A stretch of DNA of 59,381 bases, taken from a virus. Lineage: Duplodnaviria > Caudoviricetes. Position numbers and translations under genes: made by a program. Below the pieces are notes generated by a model. That model was not told the origin of the DNA. It made no database searches and worked only from the letters and a program-made list of their open reading frames with translations. Shown one piece after another: positions 56,731 to 59,381 of the stretch. The first letter of the stretch is position 1. Every line of letters begins with the position of its first letter. The stretch covers positions 1 through 59,381 of the IMG/VR virus record IMGVR_UViG_3300042401_000753; one strand, given 5' to 3'.

Positions 56731-58674
56731 TTAGAACGCTGCTTCTTCTTGATCCCCTCCGTTGATGATGAAGTGTTCGTAGATTTCTTTTGCATATGGT
56801 TTTGTTTCTGCTGCGTAAACTCTTGATACTCTGTAGTTCTCACGATCAAACCAGATAGGGTATCTACCTGTGTTGCCGCCAACCTTTTGTTTGTCCACGT
56901 TAATATAACCGTCAGGGATTCTTTTAGCATCCTCAACAGTAATAGATTTAGGTTCTTCACCGGGCTTTGCATACCTTGATTTGAAACCACCCTTATCTTT
57001 ATACTTTGTTGCTTGCTCAACCATTACCTTCTTCATCTTGTTCTTCCAGACTGTAACGGAATTGAATGTTTCTACACCAAAGGCAGAAGCTCCCTTGATC
57101 TGCTGAAGACCGGGCATCTCTGCTATGTCATTGTCATTACCTTTTCTTGAGTGAGCAACTAGATGATAGTGAGCGCCAGTGTCATTCATGGAAGTAACAC
57201 AAGTGCTTACAAACTTATTAGCATCTTGATTGTCTTCGATGTTAAGGTCTGTCTTAGCAACGGAGTCAAAGATGAAGTGCTTTGCTCCATGCTTACGAAT
57301 AACAAACTCAGCAGTCTTAAGAACTTCCTCAAAAGGAGCGCGGCCCCGGAAGCTGTAGAAGAATATCTTCTTACGCATTGCTTCACCTACTGCAACGAAT
57401 GCATCATGAACATTCTTCTCCTTACTGTATTGCATTCCCAATGCATGAATCATAATCAATCCAGTAATAACATCAGTCTCCTCTTCCAGTGAAGCAATTA
57501 CTGAAGCCTCACCTTTAACGAATGCTAGGTATGCTGTATTCTGATACAAGGCATTTGATTTACCACCACCGGGAAAGCCTGTCCAGATAGTCATTTCCCT
57601 TGGCCGGATTCTGAAGTTGATTGTTTCTTCTTCATCCTCCCATCCCATAAAAGGAGTGCCTTGATCTTCTCTCTTACCTTGTGAGAGAATCTTGATAGCT
57701 GCCGTAGCAAGATCAGCAGCATCAACTAGCTTGTCAGGTTTAAACTCAATAGCAGAAGTAACTGCTGATACTAAATCAAAGTCATCTAAGTGAGCTTCGT
57801 TAGCATCAGTGTAATTAGCAGGAAGCATTATCCTCTTACACTTTTCAAAGCCAATCTTCTTTGCTATTGTTTCTACAGCTTCATTACCAGCAGCATCATT
57901 ATCAAAGCAAAGACAAATCTCAGTAAACTGAGAAATGAAATCCCATGAGTTTTCAATCCACTGCATTGCTGAAGTTCCAAAAGGAACACTTACAGCATTC
58001 TTTAATCCCTGTGCAGCAAAAGACATACAATCAATCTGTCCTTCTGTGATAATCAATTGATCTTTCTTATCACTTATTGCTTGATGACCAAACAATGTAG
58101 CAAGAGGATTTAAAGATTGAAGAACAGTCTTCTTAAGCTCCCCTGACTTGTTTAATACTCTCTTTAAAGAAGTGTAGTTAGCACCGCAAGGAACTGGAGT
58201 TCCGTCATGAGTATAAGTAATGAATGCGTATTCTTTATTATCTCTTGCTGATACATCATACTTTTTAAGAACATCAATTGGTATCTTTCTTACTTCAGTA
58301 AGGTATTTAAGGACTGCGGGATTCTCAGTTAACTGAGTCCAATCTTTCTTTGGTTTCTTCCAAGGTATTACCTTGTCGGTAAACTTTTTACTCATAGGTT
58401 TGTTGATTCCTAAAAATGAATGTGCGGCATCAATACCGGATTGCTTTGATCCATACTTAAGAGAAAAGAGTTCAAGCAAGTCACCTCTATCTCCCGTTGC
58501 TGCATCTTTAAATCTTCCTGTAGAAAGATAAACGTAAAGACTTTCACCATCTTCACCATTTATATTCCCAACAGAGAACCTTCCTCCACGCAGCTTACCC
58601 GCACCTTTAAATAAATAACTTAATGCAGCCTCTGCTTTATTAACTAGCAGTTTATTAATCTCAGTTGGAGTCAT
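56731..58674 (-). CDS. DNA primase-helicase (T7 gp4/Twinkle-like)
   Basis: TOPRIM TEGQID and CFDNDAAG; SF4 helicase TGFPGGGKS, SLEE, IFDSV, LVAHSRK, IKGAS. Confidence 0.92.
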   Translation of the reverse strand: MTPTEINKLLVNKAEAALSYLFKGAGKLRGGRFSVGNINGEDGESLYVYLSTGRFKDAATGDRGDLLELFSLKYGSKQSGIDAAHSFLGINKPMSKKFTDKVIPWKKPKKDWTQLTENPAVLKYLTEVRKIPIDVLKKYDVSARDNKEYAFITYTHDGTPVPCGANYTSLKRVLNKSGELKKTVLQSLNPLATLFGHQAISDKKDQLIITEGQIDCMSFAAQGLKNAVSVPFGTSAMQWIENSWDFISQFTEICLCFDNDAAGNEAVETIAKKIGFEKCKRIMLPANYTDANEAHLDDFDLVSAVTSAIEFKPDKLVDAADLATAAIKILSQGKREDQGTPFMGWEDEEETINFRIRPREMTIWTGFPGGGKSNALYQNTAYLAFVKGEASVIASLEEETDVITGLIMIHALGMQYSKEKNVHDAFVAVGEAMRKKIFFYSFRGRAPFEEVLKTAEFVIRKHGAKHFIFDSVAKTDLNIEDNQDANKFVSTCVTSMNDTGAHYHLVAHSRKGNDNDIAEMPGLQQIKGASAFGVETFNSVTVWKNKMKKVMVEQATKYKDKGGFKSRYAKPGEEPKSITVEDAKRIPDGYINVDKQKVGGNTGRYPIWFDRENYRVSRVYAAETKPYAKEIYEHFIINGGDQEEAAF

Positions 58675-58683
58675 ATAACTGAA

Positions 58684-58857
58684 TTAATCTGAATAAGTTG
58701 GATGATTGTAATTAACAGGAGGTTTATTACAATCACACTTATCGTTAACGAATTTAGTTGCAACGTATGTAGAAGGCTTGTTCATTTCTTTAATCAAGAT
58801 GAAGTAAGAAATAAAGACTAATCCAATAGGAAGCATTATCAAAGCAGTGATTTTCAT
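58684..58857 (-). CDS. small membrane protein, 57 aa (not in ORF track)
   Basis: MKITALIMLPIGLVFISYFILIK... fills the gap. Confidence 0.5.
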   Translation of the reverse strand: MKITALIMLPIGLVFISYFILIKEMNKPSTYVATKFVNDKCDCNKPPVNYNHPTYSD

Positions 58858-58879
58858 TGTTATATTATATTAAAGTAAT

Positions 58880-58903
58880 GCGGCCAGATAAAGCGCTGGC
58901 CGC
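58880..58903 (-). terminator. hairpin after the SSB-like gene
   Basis: GCGGCCAG ... CTGGCCGC stem. Confidence 0.5.
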
Positions 58904-58920
58904 CCCGCTTGTTTTGTAGA

Positions 58921-59381
58921 TTAGAAATCTACTTCATCATCATCTTCAGGAGCAGGCTTGCCGCTACCGGATGATTTAGATTGCCCAAAGGATTTCTTTG
59001 GAGCCTCTTCTTCTTCTTCGTCATCTTCTTCAACAGGACGAGCTTGGCGCTTCTTACCAAGGTCATGTTCTTCGATCCACTCATTAAGGTGAGCAGTCAG
59101 GAAGTCCATACACTCTGTCTTGTCGTATGTCTTCTTCTTGTTAACGATCAGTTCTTTCCATTCTGGAATGTCATTATCTTCCAATGTCTGAGGGATTGGC
59201 TTTTGCTCATCTCGTTGATAGAGATTCCAGCCAGTTACCATCTTGTCTGGTTTAGACTGATGCTTTAGTTCGTATGGGTCAAACAGAACAGCATCCTCAA
59301 GGTCAATGTTCTGAACACGGCGGATAAACCGCATAGCATAAGAAGAGTCAAGAGATACAGTAAGTGTTACATTCCTGTATG
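58921..59381 (-). CDS. 3' part of the putative SSB (joins 1..389)
   Basis: Acidic, flexible C-terminus ending EDDDEVDF, like SSB tails. Confidence 0.65.
   Translation of the reverse strand, partial: YRNVTLTVSLDSSYAMRFIRRVQNIDLEDAVLFDPYELKHQSKPDKMVTGWNLYQRDEQKPIPQTLEDNDIPEWKELIVNKKKTYDKTECMDFLTAHLNEWIEEHDLGKKRQARPVEEDDEEEEEAPKKSFGQSKSSGSGKPAPEDDDEVDF

Noticed and set aside
59255-59381. 127-bp terminal repeat as a biological DTR
   Set aside because: It falls in the middle of a gene and matches a usual assembler k-mer overlap; it only indicates circular completeness.

Overview
The window is a complete, circularly assembled genome of a tailed dsDNA bacteriophage, about 59.25 kb. Bases 1..127 are identical to 59255..59381 and a gene runs across the join. 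Podovirus-like morphology is inferred from tail-tubular and ejection-type genes and the absence of tape-measure or sheath genes. Minus-strand genes (54.8 kb, across the join, to 18.1 kb) cover replication/recombination and small early genes: primase-helicase, RusA, SSB-like protein, Cas4-like nuclease, HNH proteins, RecA, UvrD-like helicase and a sulfotransferase-like protein. Plus-strand genes (19.9-54.8 kb) cover tail fibres, portal, scaffold, capsid, lysis, tail/ejection proteins, a 2655-aa polyvalent protein and the terminase large subunit. I recognised no DNA polymerase, RNA polymerase, integrase or tRNA. The main unexplained signal is the 12-bp palindrome TCAGTTAACTGA. By hand I count 42 exact copies and about 15 single-mismatch copies, spaced fairly evenly (about one per kb) around the genome, both between genes and inside proteins as Q-L-T-E/D. 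A second, strand-polarised 12-mer (ATTTCGGTCACG on the minus strand, 9 copies) marks gene junctions in the early region. Other highlights are a highly structured non-coding segment (10073-10625), sigma54-like elements at the strand switch, a ParB-like domain in the giant protein, a shared EEAAF C-terminus on RecA and primase-helicase, and catalytically degenerate citrate-synthase-like and metallophosphoesterase-like genes. All counts are manual and all family calls come from motif recognition, not database searches.
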